From: Abditibacterium sp. | GTDB lineage: Bacteria > Armatimonadota > Abditibacteriia > Abditibacteriales > Abditibacteriaceae | Reading direction: 5' to 3' | Assembly (NCBI GenBank): GCA_965199495.1 | Contig: CBDASK010000003.1 | Span: 1,056,001-1,120,000 of the forward strand | Length of the DNA stretch: 64,000 nucleotides | Shown here: positions 18,384 through 28,582 of the stretch, piece after piece | How positions within the stretch are numbered: the stretch's first letter is position 1 | Layout of the letters: each line of letters starts with the position of its first letter | Notes under the pieces: generated by a model | Seen by the model: the letters and a program-made list of their open reading frames with translations, nothing else | The model's database searches: none | What the model was told of the DNA's origin: nothing | Position numbers and translations under genes: made by a program

Positions 18384-20843
18384 TTACCGGCTGTGTTTGG
18401 TGCCGACCGACAAACCGATGAGCGCGCTGGTATTGCCGTTGGAAAAGCGTGACAGCGAGCCGACTAAATCCACGTTATCGCTGACGCGGCGATAGGCGCG
18501 AAGCGCAAATTCGGCGGGCGGACGGGCCGCGTTATCGGACGAACCGACGTAGGCCGCTTCGAGATAAACATCGAGGCCAGTGCGCGCATAAAAACCGGGA
18601 AACGATAGGCCCGCGCTCGACAGATTGCGCCCGTAGGTATCGCGCCCGACTTCGCCATAAAAATCCACGCCGCTTTTGCCCAACGGCACGGCGCCATCGA
18701 GCGATAAGCCCAGTTGGTTGGAACGATCCAAATCGAAATACTTGATCGCGTTCAAGCCGATATTGGCTTTTTTCTGTATCGAGTAGCGCGCCAAAAATCC
18801 CTGCTGCAAACCGCCCACGCGAAACGGCAAATTGCGCGGATAAGCATCCACCAAGTAAGCCAAATCCAAACGTTGCGCGCGCGAGGCGCCCAGCGTTTTC
18901 GAGACGCGCACGGCGTCCATCGTTTCGCGCCCGCCCTGACGCACGAGCGAACCGTAAAGCGTGGCTTGCGTCGGGCCGCTCAAAAAGCGTTGGCGCCCGG
19001 CCTGCACTTCGATTGCGGGCGTGCGATAGGTCAGCGACAAATCCGAAATCGCCGACAAATCGAAGTTTTGTCCGCCCGCCCGTGCCTTGAGCGGTTGAAC
19101 GGCACCATCGAGCAGAAAGTTGCCGCGCGCCACGTAGCCACGGATGCGCGCCCCGTAGGCATAGTTGCCGCCGTCGCCCAGAACGCCGATGGCACGCGCA
19201 TCAAAGCCCGACGATTTTCCGCCCGCACCGGAAAGTTCGTCCAAACGTTCCTGCGCGCGCGTCGAATCGAAACCGAGTTCGTTGGTCGCTTTGTTCACGT
19301 CAAGCGCATCTTCGCCGCCCTTCGCGGAGGGAACCGGCGGTAACTGCACCAGAAGTGCACGATTGGAAAGGCTTTCGGTCTGAGTGCGCTTGCCCAACGG
19401 CGCCGAAAACGTGAAACGTCCGCCGAGTTGCCCCGCGATAGATGAAGTCAGAGTTGATGAACCGGCGACGGAAGAGGCAACGCTGGCCGATGGCGAATTG
19501 TGAGCGAGAACGCGATCATTCTTGCCGTCATCTTTGCCTTTGTCGTCTTTGGGCGGCTTGGGGTCTTTGCCATCATCTTTAGGTGGCTTGGGGTCTTTGC
19601 CATCGTCCTTTGGTGGCTTTTCAGGTGTTGGCGGCTGGGTCGGCGGTGTGGGATCCGGCGGCGGGGTTGGGTTCGTGGGCGGAGTCGGTTCTGTTGGGCC
19701 ACCCGAAGTTGGCGGCACCGGTTGAGGCGTTGGATTTGTCGGCGTTACCGGATCAGGAGTTGGAGGGTTCGTTGGCTGTGTCGGCGTAATTGGCGGAGTT
19801 GTCGGAACAACCGGCGGTGGATTTGGTTGTTCTGGCGAAGTTGGCGTTGGCGGTTGTTCGGGAGTTGGCGATGGCAGAGTCGTCGGTGGCTCCGGCGTGG
19901 CTGGTGTTGTCGGCGTCGGTTCCGGCGTCGGTTGTTCCGGTGTCGGTTCTGGCGCCGGTGTCGGTTCTGGCGTCGGTTGCGGTTCCGGCGTCGGTTCTGG
20001 CGCCGGTTGCGGTTCTGGCGTCGGCGAAGTTGTTGGCGTCGGTTGCGGTTCTGGCGTCGGCGAAGTTGTTGGCGCGGGCACAGTTGGCGGGCTGATGGGA
20101 GGCGCGGCATTCGGTTGAGCCGGATTGAAGCCGCGCGTTTGCGTGATGCTTTTCGATTGCGCGACGGTTTCGCGTTGCACCACGCGCGCGGGCGAGTTTT
20201 TTACTTCGACATCGGCGAGGGAACCGGCGAAGGCGCCGGTTTTCGGTTCGCTCAACAATTCGATGGGCGAACCGGCCTGCGCGAAGAAAATCGGCGCGGC
20301 GGTGCGAAGTCCCGACAGCGTGCCGTCGGGACGCGCGAAAACTTCCGTTCCCGGCTTCAATTCCTGACGGTTGCCCGTTGTCGTCACGATTTCGGTGGCG
20401 CCTTCGTAAAGCGTGAAAGTTGTGCCTTCGTCGGTCACAGCGATGTTGACGATGGTGCCTTTAATTTCGGCGGCAGCGTAGCTCGTACCGATTTTGCCCG
20501 GACTGAGCCACGAAATCAGCGCTTGACCGCTCCCGACCTGCACGTTGCGCGGGCCGCGCACTTCGATACTCGACAGTTGCCCCAGACGCACCAGAGAACC
20601 GTCGCTAAATTTCACGTCGGCTTTGGAGCGGCGACCAGTGCGCACGACGGAGCCACGCCCAACCGATGCGCCCTGCGCAATCGCGCGAAACGCGCCGCCA
20701 GCGCCCAGGCTGACCTCGACTTTCTGCTGGACTTTGGTCAACTTCGCCAACGGCGCCTGCGCTTGAACCGGGCGCATCAATACAGGGCACGCGGGCAAAG
20801 CGAGCGACAGCAAACTGCTGGCAACAACAAAACGAAATTTCAT
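18384..20843 (-). CDS. Secreted FecR-domain protein with Pro/Thr-rich linker and beta-rich C-terminal domain
   Basis: Signal peptide; VRTGRRSKADVKFSDGSLVRLG and AAEIKGT FecR-like motifs; PTPEP repeats; start chosen at MKFRF. Confidence 0.8.
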   Translation of the reverse strand: MKFRFVVASSLLSLALPACPVLMRPVQAQAPLAKLTKVQQKVEVSLGAGGAFRAIAQGASVGRGSVVRTGRRSKADVKFSDGSLVRLGQLSSIEVRGPRNVQVGSGQALISWLSPGKIGTSYAAAEIKGTIVNIAVTDEGTTFTLYEGATEIVTTTGNRQELKPGTEVFARPDGTLSGLRTAAPIFFAQAGSPIELLSEPKTGAFAGSLADVEVKNSPARVVQRETVAQSKSITQTRGFNPAQPNAAPPISPPTVPAPTTSPTPEPQPTPTTSPTPEPQPAPEPTPEPQPTPEPTPAPEPTPEQPTPEPTPTTPATPEPPTTLPSPTPEQPPTPTSPEQPNPPPVVPTTPPITPTQPTNPPTPDPVTPTNPTPQPVPPTSGGPTEPTPPTNPTPPPDPTPPTQPPTPEKPPKDDGKDPKPPKDDGKDPKPPKDDKGKDDGKNDRVLAHNSPSASVASSVAGSSTLTSSIAGQLGGRFTFSAPLGKRTQTESLSNRALLVQLPPVPSAKGGEDALDVNKATNELGFDSTRAQERLDELSGAGGKSSGFDARAIGVLGDGGNYAYGARIRGYVARGNFLLDGAVQPLKARAGGQNFDLSAISDLSLTYRTPAIEVQAGRQRFLSGPTQATLYGSLVRQGGRETMDAVRVSKTLGASRAQRLDLAYLVDAYPRNLPFRVGGLQQGFLARYSIQKKANIGLNAIKYFDLDRSNQLGLSLDGAVPLGKSGVDFYGEVGRDTYGRNLSSAGLSFPGFYARTGLDVYLEAAYVGSSDNAARPPAEFALRAYRRVSDNVDLVGSLSRFSNGNTSALIGLSVGTKHSR
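19540..20070 (-). repeat. Coding tandem repeats (PTPEP/PEPTP and PPKDDGKD)
   Basis: Repeated GGCGTCGGTTGCGGTTCT-like units, and GGCTTGGGGTCTTTGCCATC twice. Confidence 0.85.
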
Positions 20844-20929
20844 AAGGCAACTCGATAAATCGCCTACGGGCGACTTGACATAGAGTTTGATTGTGAAAGA
20901 TTTTGGCCAAATTTCATCTGTAAAAATCG

Positions 20930-23371
20930 TTATTCGGCATCGAAAATCCGGCCTTTGCCGTGACTTCCATTGAGAGCGAACGGCGATTGAGGTGCGGGCA
21001 ACGAAAGCGGCACCGCGTTGCCGAGCGCGGGCGATTCGTCGGGCACACCGCTCGCGATTTCGACTTCGGCGCATTCGATTTGCGCGCGCGTTTGCGCGGC
21101 CCAGACGCGCGCGCGCGGCGCGCGGTGCGCGGCGCCGATGGCGATGAGAACTTCGACTTCTTCGCTCAAGCCTTTGATCGGCGTGCGCGCCGTCACGAAA
21201 CTGGCCACATCCGGCGCCGCCTCGCCCAGCGCGCGCGAACACATGACCCACGAACCGAACTCTTTGTTTTTGGCTTCCAATCGCGACGCCAAATTCACCG
21301 TGTCGCCGATAACGGTGTAGTTCATGTGCGCGGCGTTGCCATTGCTCGCCTCGCTGCCGACGCTGCCCACGATGAGCGCGCCAGTGTGAAGTCCGATGCG
21401 CATCCGAAACGGAATGCCGGTGTCGTAGCGGAATCGGGCGCACTCTTCCTGCAAGGCCAGCGCGCACTGCAAAGCGCGGCGCGCATGATCGGCGCGCGGT
21501 AAAGGCACGCCGAAAAAGCACATCATCGCGTCGCCGATGAACTTGTCAATCGAACCGCCGTGCGCTACCACAATCGGCTTCAGGCGACTGAAAAACGCGT
21601 TGAGCGCCGCCACGACTTCTTCGGCCTCGTGCGCCTCGGAATAGGACGTGAAACCTTCGATGTCGGTGAACAAAACCGTGGCATCGGTGCGGCGCGGGCG
21701 CGGATACTGCGCTTCGGGATGCGCCAGAATTTCGTCTACCACGCGCGTATCCATATACAAACCCAACTGCGAAACGACCTTGCGCCGCTCGGCGCTTTCG
21801 AGCGTGAACAGCAGCATTAACATCAGCGCGCTCGCGGTTAAACCGGCACCGAGCGGGTAAGTCGCGGCCATCCACAAGCCTTCGACGCGAAATGCGAACG
21901 TGCAAATCCACCAGAACAACAGCAACGGAAGCGCCGCAAACGCGCTGTAAAGCCCGATCCAGACCGCGTCGTAGATGCGATTGCGCCGCCCGCCGCGTTG
22001 CCATCGGTTTTGAATCGCGCGCGCCCACAGCGAAACTTTGCCGCGCATTTTCTCGGCCCACAGCGCGCAACCCAGCGCCAAGCCAAACAACGAAACCCAA
22101 CTCAGCCACGCTTTTGGTGGCGTCAAAAACCTGTGGTCGAGCAGCATCGAAATCGCGTTGGCGTGAATTTCGACGCCCGGAATATCTGCTTTCATTTCGC
22201 GCGCGCGGCTGTAAAACGGCGGACACGGAAACACATCTTTGAGTAAAGGCGCCGTCGCCCCAACCAGCACGATGCGCCCGCCGAATTTGCGCTTTAATGT
22301 TTGTTCGTCGTAACTTTGCAACACATCGGCGAACGAAGAAGTCGCGAAAGTGCCGCCCGGCCCGGCCCAGTCAATCAACATATTATGCAAAAGCGGCGCA
22401 TTGGCGCCCGCGAACTGCATCGAACGCAACGGAATTTGTGTCGCGCCCGTCGCCGATCCGGTCGCCGTGGCTGCATTGGGCGCGGGCCAGACGCCGCGTT
22501 TTAGCGCGCTTTGATAACGCTCGTTGTTTTGCGTGCTGAGCAAACCTTGATAAATCGCGGCGCCGAGCGGAGCCACGCCGCCCAGAGTTTCGCCGTTGAC
22601 GTTGAGGGCAAACGGATAACGCCGAGAATGGCCGTCGGAATCGGCGGGCAAATAGGCCAATCCCAGATCGAGCGTTTGTTCATCCAAGCCATCGTTGCCG
22701 TTTGGGTCGGCGCCAAAGGGCGTCACCATTTGGTAAGTCAGCGCGCCGTTGGCGCCGGTTTCGGGCGTTAGCAGCGACGACAAAACCACGTTGCCCGCGT
22801 TTTTGGTCGCCGCGATGAGCGCGCGGTCGCCCGCAGAAAGCGCGCCGTTTTTGCCGGGGTTCTGGCGGTCGGAAAAATCGAAATCCAAGACGATGACGCG
22901 CGCGCCCGCTTTTTTCAGTTTGTTGACCATTTGCGCGTGCAGGTCGCGCGGCCACGGCCACTGGCCGATGCGCGTCAGCGAATTTTGATCAATGCCGACG
23001 ATGGCGATTTTGTCTGCCGACGCGGGCGCACGAATGCCGCGCGCGGTGAAACGCGCGTCGAGCAGATGCAGTTCGACGTTTTCCAGACCGTTGCGCCCGA
23101 CGAGCCAGCGCGTGGCCGCCCGCTCGCTGTTTTCGCGTTGTGCGCTGGCGCCTTGCAAGAAAAACCATAGATAAGGCGCCCACAAAAGCGCCGCCAAAAT
23201 CCCGATGAGTAACGCCGCGCGCCCGGTCGAATCGGTCGAAAACCGGCGCAATTTCCCGGCAACGCCCCACAATTGTCGGGAACGCGGCTCCGTTGCGCGC
23301 GCATCTAAAGCGGCGGGTTGAGGCGATTTGAGACGGGTGAAGGCGGACGGCATAACAAACGCGGCACTCAT
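20930..23371 (-). CDS. CHASE2-domain membrane adenylate/guanylate cyclase (class III)
   Basis: CHASE2 (IAIVGID, WPWPR, PGVEIHA); TM helices; cyclase TVLFTDIEGFT, DKFIGDA, GDTVNLASRLE. Confidence 0.93.
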   Translation of the reverse strand: MSAAFVMPSAFTRLKSPQPAALDARATEPRSRQLWGVAGKLRRFSTDSTGRAALLIGILAALLWAPYLWFFLQGASAQRENSERAATRWLVGRNGLENVELHLLDARFTARGIRAPASADKIAIVGIDQNSLTRIGQWPWPRDLHAQMVNKLKKAGARVIVLDFDFSDRQNPGKNGALSAGDRALIAATKNAGNVVLSSLLTPETGANGALTYQMVTPFGADPNGNDGLDEQTLDLGLAYLPADSDGHSRRYPFALNVNGETLGGVAPLGAAIYQGLLSTQNNERYQSALKRGVWPAPNAATATGSATGATQIPLRSMQFAGANAPLLHNMLIDWAGPGGTFATSSFADVLQSYDEQTLKRKFGGRIVLVGATAPLLKDVFPCPPFYSRAREMKADIPGVEIHANAISMLLDHRFLTPPKAWLSWVSLFGLALGCALWAEKMRGKVSLWARAIQNRWQRGGRRNRIYDAVWIGLYSAFAALPLLLFWWICTFAFRVEGLWMAATYPLGAGLTASALMLMLLFTLESAERRKVVSQLGLYMDTRVVDEILAHPEAQYPRPRRTDATVLFTDIEGFTSYSEAHEAEEVVAALNAFFSRLKPIVVAHGGSIDKFIGDAMMCFFGVPLPRADHARRALQCALALQEECARFRYDTGIPFRMRIGLHTGALIVGSVGSEASNGNAAHMNYTVIGDTVNLASRLEAKNKEFGSWVMCSRALGEAAPDVASFVTARTPIKGLSEEVEVLIAIGAAHRAPRARVWAAQTRAQIECAEVEIASGVPDESPALGNAVPLSLPAPQSPFALNGSHGKGRIFDAE

Positions 23372-23564
23372 TTGCGCCGCATAACTGGAACTTCAAGGTG
23401 CAATGAAACTGCTTTTCAAAAGCGGTGTAGCGCGCTTTGGCTGCGGAAGAATCTCATTCGATAGTCGGGTTTTGCCCCGTTAAGAATTGGTTTAGCGGCG
23501 TGCCCTGCGGCGAGCGAGAGCGCAAACTACACTCAGCCAACGAAAATTGGCGCCGTTAATTTCC

Positions 23565-24941
23565 ATGAAAAACCCGCTTTTGCTCAACGCGCGCGCCTCT
23601 CACGTCCCATCTTTGCGGCGTTTCATCGTGATTTGGTCGGGCGCCATTGGGTTCGCGTTTTTGCTGTTGGGAATGGATGCGGTTTTGACGTTGCGCCATC
23701 TCGACACCACCGCGCGCGACGCAATGAATCACGCCGCGCGCCTGCAACTGCTGCAAAATTTCGAGGTCTCGTCGCTCGAAGCCAATCGTCGTCCCGCCGC
23801 CAACTGGAGCCACGCCGACGACGAACTGCGCCAACTGCAAACGCAGGTCGCGCCCGCCGATTTCGCGCCCATAGAAACGGCTTATCGCGATTTAAAAACC
23901 GAATTTGCCGTGGCGGCGCCGTGGAGCGACGAGCGCCCGTTTCTCGATGCGCTGCGCTCTTATCGTCACGACGAGTTCACGCGCGCCGCCGCCGATAACG
24001 TTCGCAGCGCGCAATTGGAAAGTTTATCGCGCGGCGCGATTTTAGTGCTACTGGCGGTGGCGTTAGCCGGATTGATTGCGGGCAATATCGAGTTGTGGTC
24101 GCGTGTTTTTGGGCCGCTTTTGCGTATTTCGCGCGAGGCCAAACGCTTTGGTGAGGGCGAATTGGGCGCGCGCATCGAAATTGAGCGTGCCGACGAGATC
24201 GGCGAATTATGCGCGACATGGAACGACATGGCGGGCGCCATCGAAGCGCGCGAAGCCGAGCGTCTGCGTTTTGTCGCGGCCCTCGCGCACGACCTGAAAA
24301 ACCCGCTCATGGTCGTGGGCATGGCCGCCACGATGATGCGCGAAAAGCCGAACAAATTCACGCCCGACCAGCGCGACGATTGGTTGGAGAAAATCGCGCG
24401 CAACGCCCGCCGCATGGAAGCGATGATCGCCGATTTGACCAACGCCGTCCAATCGCAAACCGGCGCGCTGCAACTCCAACTCGCGCCGCTCGATTTGGCG
24501 CTCGTCGCCCGCGAATGCGCCGACGAAATTCGGTTGGCCTACCCCAATCATCCCATCGCCGTCTCTGGTGCGCAGTCACTCGAAATCAACGGCGACCGCG
24601 CCCGATTAGAACGCGTCATCGCCAATTTATTGTCCAACGCGGCCAAGTATTCGGCGCCGCAAACCGAGATTATCGCGGATTTAAAATCCGATAAAAACCG
24701 CGCGATTCTGTCGGTGCGCGATCAAGGCGCGGGCATTTCGCCCGAAGATTTGAAGCGATTATTTACGCCGTTCGTGCGATTGGAACGGACGGAAAAGATG
24801 GCGAGCGGCACCGGTTTGGGTTTGGCGACAACGAAAAAATTAATCGAAGCGCACGGCGGCGAATTAGAAGTCGAAAGCGCACTCGGCGTCGGCTCAACGT
24901 TTCGCGTAATTTTGCCGGTTGATAGCGCGAATAAAAATTAG
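23565..24941 (+). CDS. HAMP-domain sensor histidine kinase
   Basis: Two TM helices, DEIGEL HAMP, AHDLKNPL H-box, NLLSNAAKY, DQGAG, GTGLGL. Confidence 0.93.
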   Translation: MKNPLLLNARASHVPSLRRFIVIWSGAIGFAFLLLGMDAVLTLRHLDTTARDAMNHAARLQLLQNFEVSSLEANRRPAANWSHADDELRQLQTQVAPADFAPIETAYRDLKTEFAVAAPWSDERPFLDALRSYRHDEFTRAAADNVRSAQLESLSRGAILVLLAVALAGLIAGNIELWSRVFGPLLRISREAKRFGEGELGARIEIERADEIGELCATWNDMAGAIEAREAERLRFVAALAHDLKNPLMVVGMAATMMREKPNKFTPDQRDDWLEKIARNARRMEAMIADLTNAVQSQTGALQLQLAPLDLALVARECADEIRLAYPNHPIAVSGAQSLEINGDRARLERVIANLLSNAAKYSAPQTEIIADLKSDKNRAILSVRDQGAGISPEDLKRLFTPFVRLERTEKMASGTGLGLATTKKLIEAHGGELEVESALGVGSTFRVILPVDSANKN

Positions 24942-24980
24942 CAATTTGGCCAATTGCGGCGCGGCATTTATACTTTGGGC

Positions 24981-25547
24981 ATGAGAAACAATGAGCCGCG
25001 CGCCGAAATTTCCGAAGGCCGCCAACTGCTTTATTACGCGGGCATGGGCCTGACGGCAATTGGACTATTACTTTTCTTTTCGACGTTCCTGACCGTTTTT
25101 CGCAGCGGCCCATCGCTTGGCGATTCGCCTTTTGGCGGCTCGCCTGAATCAACCATCATCACCACATCGCCCGGTAGCGAAGCGTTCTTCCCAGAAGCGC
25201 ATCGTCCAGTTCGAGGCCCACAAACAACTTTTGGTCGCGCGTTTCTCGGTTTTGGCATGGTTTTCGTCGGCGGCATCCTGATGAATCTGGGCCGCGCCGG
25301 TTTGCGCGGTTCGGGCGTCATTCTCGACCCACACGGCGCGCGTGACGATCTCAAGCCGTGGAGTCAAGCGGCGGGCGGAATGCTCGACGATGCGCTGTGC
25401 AGTAGCCACGTCGTGAGCCGCGCCGTCGAACGCATCGGCGATGATGACGACAAACCGCGCGAAATTGTGCGCGTGCGTTGTCCCGATTGCCGCACGCTCA
25501 ACGACGAAGACGCCAAGTTTTGCGACAACTGCGGCGCGGCACTTTAA
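24981..25547 (+). CDS. Membrane protein with C-terminal zinc ribbon
   Basis: Two TM helices; CPDCRTLNDEDAKFCDNCG. Confidence 0.85.
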   Translation: MRNNEPRAEISEGRQLLYYAGMGLTAIGLLLFFSTFLTVFRSGPSLGDSPFGGSPESTIITTSPGSEAFFPEAHRPVRGPQTTFGRAFLGFGMVFVGGILMNLGRAGLRGSGVILDPHGARDDLKPWSQAAGGMLDDALCSSHVVSRAVERIGDDDDKPREIVRVRCPDCRTLNDEDAKFCDNCGAAL

Positions 25548-25550
25548 TCA

Positions 25551-26086
25551 ATGCTTAGCCGCGATTTAATCGAGCGCCACGCCCGCCAAACCAACGAACA
25601 GATGGCGCGCATTAACGCGACTGTCGCGCGCCGCGATAAAAGCCAACAAGATTGGCAGAACTGGAAGGATGCCTGTCACGTTTGGCACACTTCGGAGAAC
25701 GCATCTTTTGCTTTGTGGCCGCTCGAAGCGCGCGACAAAATGCGCGCGGGCGACCGCGAAACTATCGAAGACGCTTTGCTGTTTCTGGAAGTTGATCCGT
25801 GGTTTTTCGTTCGGGTTATCTCAAAGAACGCGTGATTCGCCATCTGAAAAGTGCGCCCCTCTCCGAAGCCGACAAAGGCCGTTTGCGCAACGTCATTTTT
25901 GCTGTCGCAATGAGGCGTAACCGTCGCGAATGGAGCGATTTTTGTCGCTTGGCCCTCGCCGTTTGGACGCCCGAATGGGAAAGTTATCTGCGCGAACAAA
26001 AACGGGTGCGCGGCGTGGGTCACGGCAACAAACTTTTCAATTTGCTCCAATTCCTTGAGGCTCACCGTGATAAATTGCGCGTTTAA
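25551..26086 (+). pseudogene. Hypothetical protein split by a frameshift
   Basis: ORFs 25551-25835 and 25799-26086 join as ...EVDPWFF-RSGYLKE... if the T5 run at 25803-25807 were T6. Confidence 0.7.
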
Positions 26087-28524
26087 CCCAACTTCACCAC
26101 GGTCGCGCCGTCGCCGCCTTCGGCGGCATCAGCCACGGCGTAGCCTTTGACACCGCGCGCGGTTTTCAACCATTGATGAATGGCGTTGCGTAGTGCGCCC
26201 GTTCCGCGTCCGTGAACGATGCGCACCGACTTTTTGCCCGCCAGAATCGCGTCGTCCAAATACGGTTCCAATTCCTCGAACGCCTCGTCCACGCGTTTGC
26301 CGATGACGTTGATTTCCTCTTCGACAACATAACCTTTGCGCGCCTGAATCGAACCGATGCCGCCGACGCCGACCATTTTCTTGGCGGCGTCCAAATCGTT
26401 GGCGGCGACGGCGATTTTCATGGCGCCGACGCGGACTTCGATTTTCTCGCCGTTTAAGCCGACGATTTCGCCTTCTTTGCCCACGCTTTTCACGTTGACC
26501 AAATCGCCGATTTTGTATTGATGCGCCGGTTTCGGTCGGGCGCGCAATCTTCCGCGCACAATCGAAGGATGCGGCGCGGGCGCTTCGATGGCCGGACGTG
26601 GCTGCGTCTCGGCGCCCTCGAATTTGACGACGGTTTCGCGTAGGCCGCGCAATTTGCCGCGCGCGGCTTCGGTGCCTTTGTTTTCGCCGCCCGCGCTTCC
26701 GGCTTTGCGCAGTTCGCGCAACGCTTCGTCGGCTTCGCGCGCGGCGCGCTCGACCAATTCGCGCGCTTCCTGTTTAGCGGCGGCGATAGATTTTTCTTTC
26801 TCGCGCTCGACGATTGCAATGCGCCGCTCGTAATCGCGCTCCAAATCTTCGACGCGCGCGCGGGCTTCGCGCATTTCGGCGGCTTGCTGGGTCAAATCGC
26901 GCTGGGTTTCTTCCAGGCGCTGCGCCGCTGCTTCGTTTTCGACGCGCTCGCGGCCCATGTATTTGCGCGAACGCTGAATAATATCGGCGGGCATTCCTAA
27001 ACGCGCCGCGATGTCCAGAGCGTTGGAAGCGCCCGGCACGCCGATGCGCAAATGATAAGTCGGCCCCAGCGAAATCGGATCGAATTCGACCGACGCGTTC
27101 TCAAAGCGCAACGCCGACAACGCGAATTGTTTCAGTTCGCCATAATGCGTCGTCGCCACGACGCGCGCGCCTTTGCGCGAGAGCGCCCGCAATGTCGCTT
27201 TGGCGAGCGCGGCGCCTTCGTCGGGATCGGTTCCGGCGCCGATTTCGTCGAACAAAACCAAATCGCCCATTTTCACCGTTTCCAAAATCGCGATGATATT
27301 TTTCAAATGCCCCGAAAACGTCGAAAGCGATTGTTCGATGGATTGTTCGTCGCCGATGTCAACATGAATTTGCGGCGGCAGATGCAGCCACGAATCGTCG
27401 TCAACCGGCAAATGCAAACCGCAACCGGCCATCGCGGTGAGAAGTCCCAGCGTTTTCAAAACGATGGTTTTGCCGCCGGTGTTTGGCCCGGTCAGCATCA
27501 TCACGTCGAAATCGCCGCGCTCGGTGATGGCACTCTCATCGCCAATTTGAATATCATTAGGCACGCAATCACCAACGAGCGGATGCCGCGCTCGATGCAA
27601 TTTCCAACCAGTCACCTCGTCGCGCAAAAGCGGCGCGCGCCCGTTCATTTGCGCCGACAATCGCGCTTTGGCAAACGCGAAGTCCAAATCACCAGCCACG
27701 TCGAGAGCCTCGCGCAAATCGGGCGCGGCGCCACCGACGTAATCCGACAAACTGCGCAAAACCTGTTGCACCGCTTCTTTTTCGTCGGCGGCCAACTCGC
27801 GCAGACGATTATTGAGTTCGACGACCGCTTGCGGCTCGATGAAAACCGCGTTGCCCGAACCGCTACGGTCGTGAACGATGCCCGGCACCGACGCGCGACT
27901 TTCGGCTTTGACCGGCAAACAATAACGCCCGTCGCGCACCGTCACGAACTGATCTTGCAAATGTCCCGACAAACGCGAATCGCCCAGCATCGCGCGCAAT
28001 TTGGTCTGGATTTGCGATTGCGCCGCGCGCATCCCGCGCCGCGCTTTGAGTAAGTCGAGCGAAGCGTCATCGCGGATTCCGGCGTTGTCGTCAATCGCGT
28101 CGTAAATCGTTTTTTCGACATCGCTACGCGGAACGATCCGTTCGGCCAAATCCAATAATCGCGGAAAACGCGCGTCGAGTTCCGGTTCAATATCCAAAAT
28201 CGCCACGCGCAAACGGCGCGCGCCTTCGCTGGCGCGGCCAATCGCCAACAGCGCCGATTCGTCCAACAGCGCGCCTTTGCCCGCCGCTTGAACCGCAGCA
28301 GCCACGTCGGTCAGCCCGCCAAACGGCGGATGGCGCACGATCTGGGTAAATTCGCGCGCCTCGCTCGTCAAAGCCATACGCGCGCGCGCGATTCCGTTAT
28401 CGTTGGTCGGCGCGAGTTCGCGCACGCGCGCGCGACCCAATTCGCAGGCGCAGGCATTTTCGAGTTGCGATAAAACGGTGGGTAATTCGAGACGGTCGAG
28501 CGAACGTTTTTGATAAGACGACAT
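26083..28524 (-). CDS. mutS2: Endonuclease MutS2 (Smr domain)
   Basis: GIVHDRSGSG, TGPNTGGKT Walker A, QSLSTFSGH, DEIGAGTDP, C-terminal Smr IVHGRGTG. Confidence 0.96.
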   Translation of the reverse strand: MSSYQKRSLDRLELPTVLSQLENACACELGRARVRELAPTNDNGIARARMALTSEAREFTQIVRHPPFGGLTDVAAAVQAAGKGALLDESALLAIGRASEGARRLRVAILDIEPELDARFPRLLDLAERIVPRSDVEKTIYDAIDDNAGIRDDASLDLLKARRGMRAAQSQIQTKLRAMLGDSRLSGHLQDQFVTVRDGRYCLPVKAESRASVPGIVHDRSGSGNAVFIEPQAVVELNNRLRELAADEKEAVQQVLRSLSDYVGGAAPDLREALDVAGDLDFAFAKARLSAQMNGRAPLLRDEVTGWKLHRARHPLVGDCVPNDIQIGDESAITERGDFDVMMLTGPNTGGKTIVLKTLGLLTAMAGCGLHLPVDDDSWLHLPPQIHVDIGDEQSIEQSLSTFSGHLKNIIAILETVKMGDLVLFDEIGAGTDPDEGAALAKATLRALSRKGARVVATTHYGELKQFALSALRFENASVEFDPISLGPTYHLRIGVPGASNALDIAARLGMPADIIQRSRKYMGRERVENEAAAQRLEETQRDLTQQAAEMREARARVEDLERDYERRIAIVEREKEKSIAAAKQEARELVERAAREADEALRELRKAGSAGGENKGTEAARGKLRGLRETVVKFEGAETQPRPAIEAPAPHPSIVRGRLRARPKPAHQYKIGDLVNVKSVGKEGEIVGLNGEKIEVRVGAMKIAVAANDLDAAKKMVGVGGIGSIQARKGYVVEEEINVIGKRVDEAFEELEPYLDDAILAGKKSVRIVHGRGTGALRNAIHQWLKTARGVKGYAVADAAEGGDGATVVKLG

Positions 28525-28582
28525 AAAAAATCTGTTTACAGACGGAACAAAAGGAAATGCGTTGCGGTCAAAGGCGGCACCA

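Noticed and set aside
19880..20070. Tandem repeats as a possible CRISPR array
   Set aside because: No unique spacers, unit lengths are multiples of 3, they encode PTPEP, and no cas genes are present
19500..20858. 452-aa Arg/Trp-rich ORF and Gly/Val-rich ORFs on the plus strand
   Set aside because: Antisense shadows of the Pro/Thr repeat linker of the FecR protein
20844..21521. N-terminal extension of the 1045-aa ORF
   Set aside because: Overlaps the cyclase gene in another frame; the signal peptide begins at 20843
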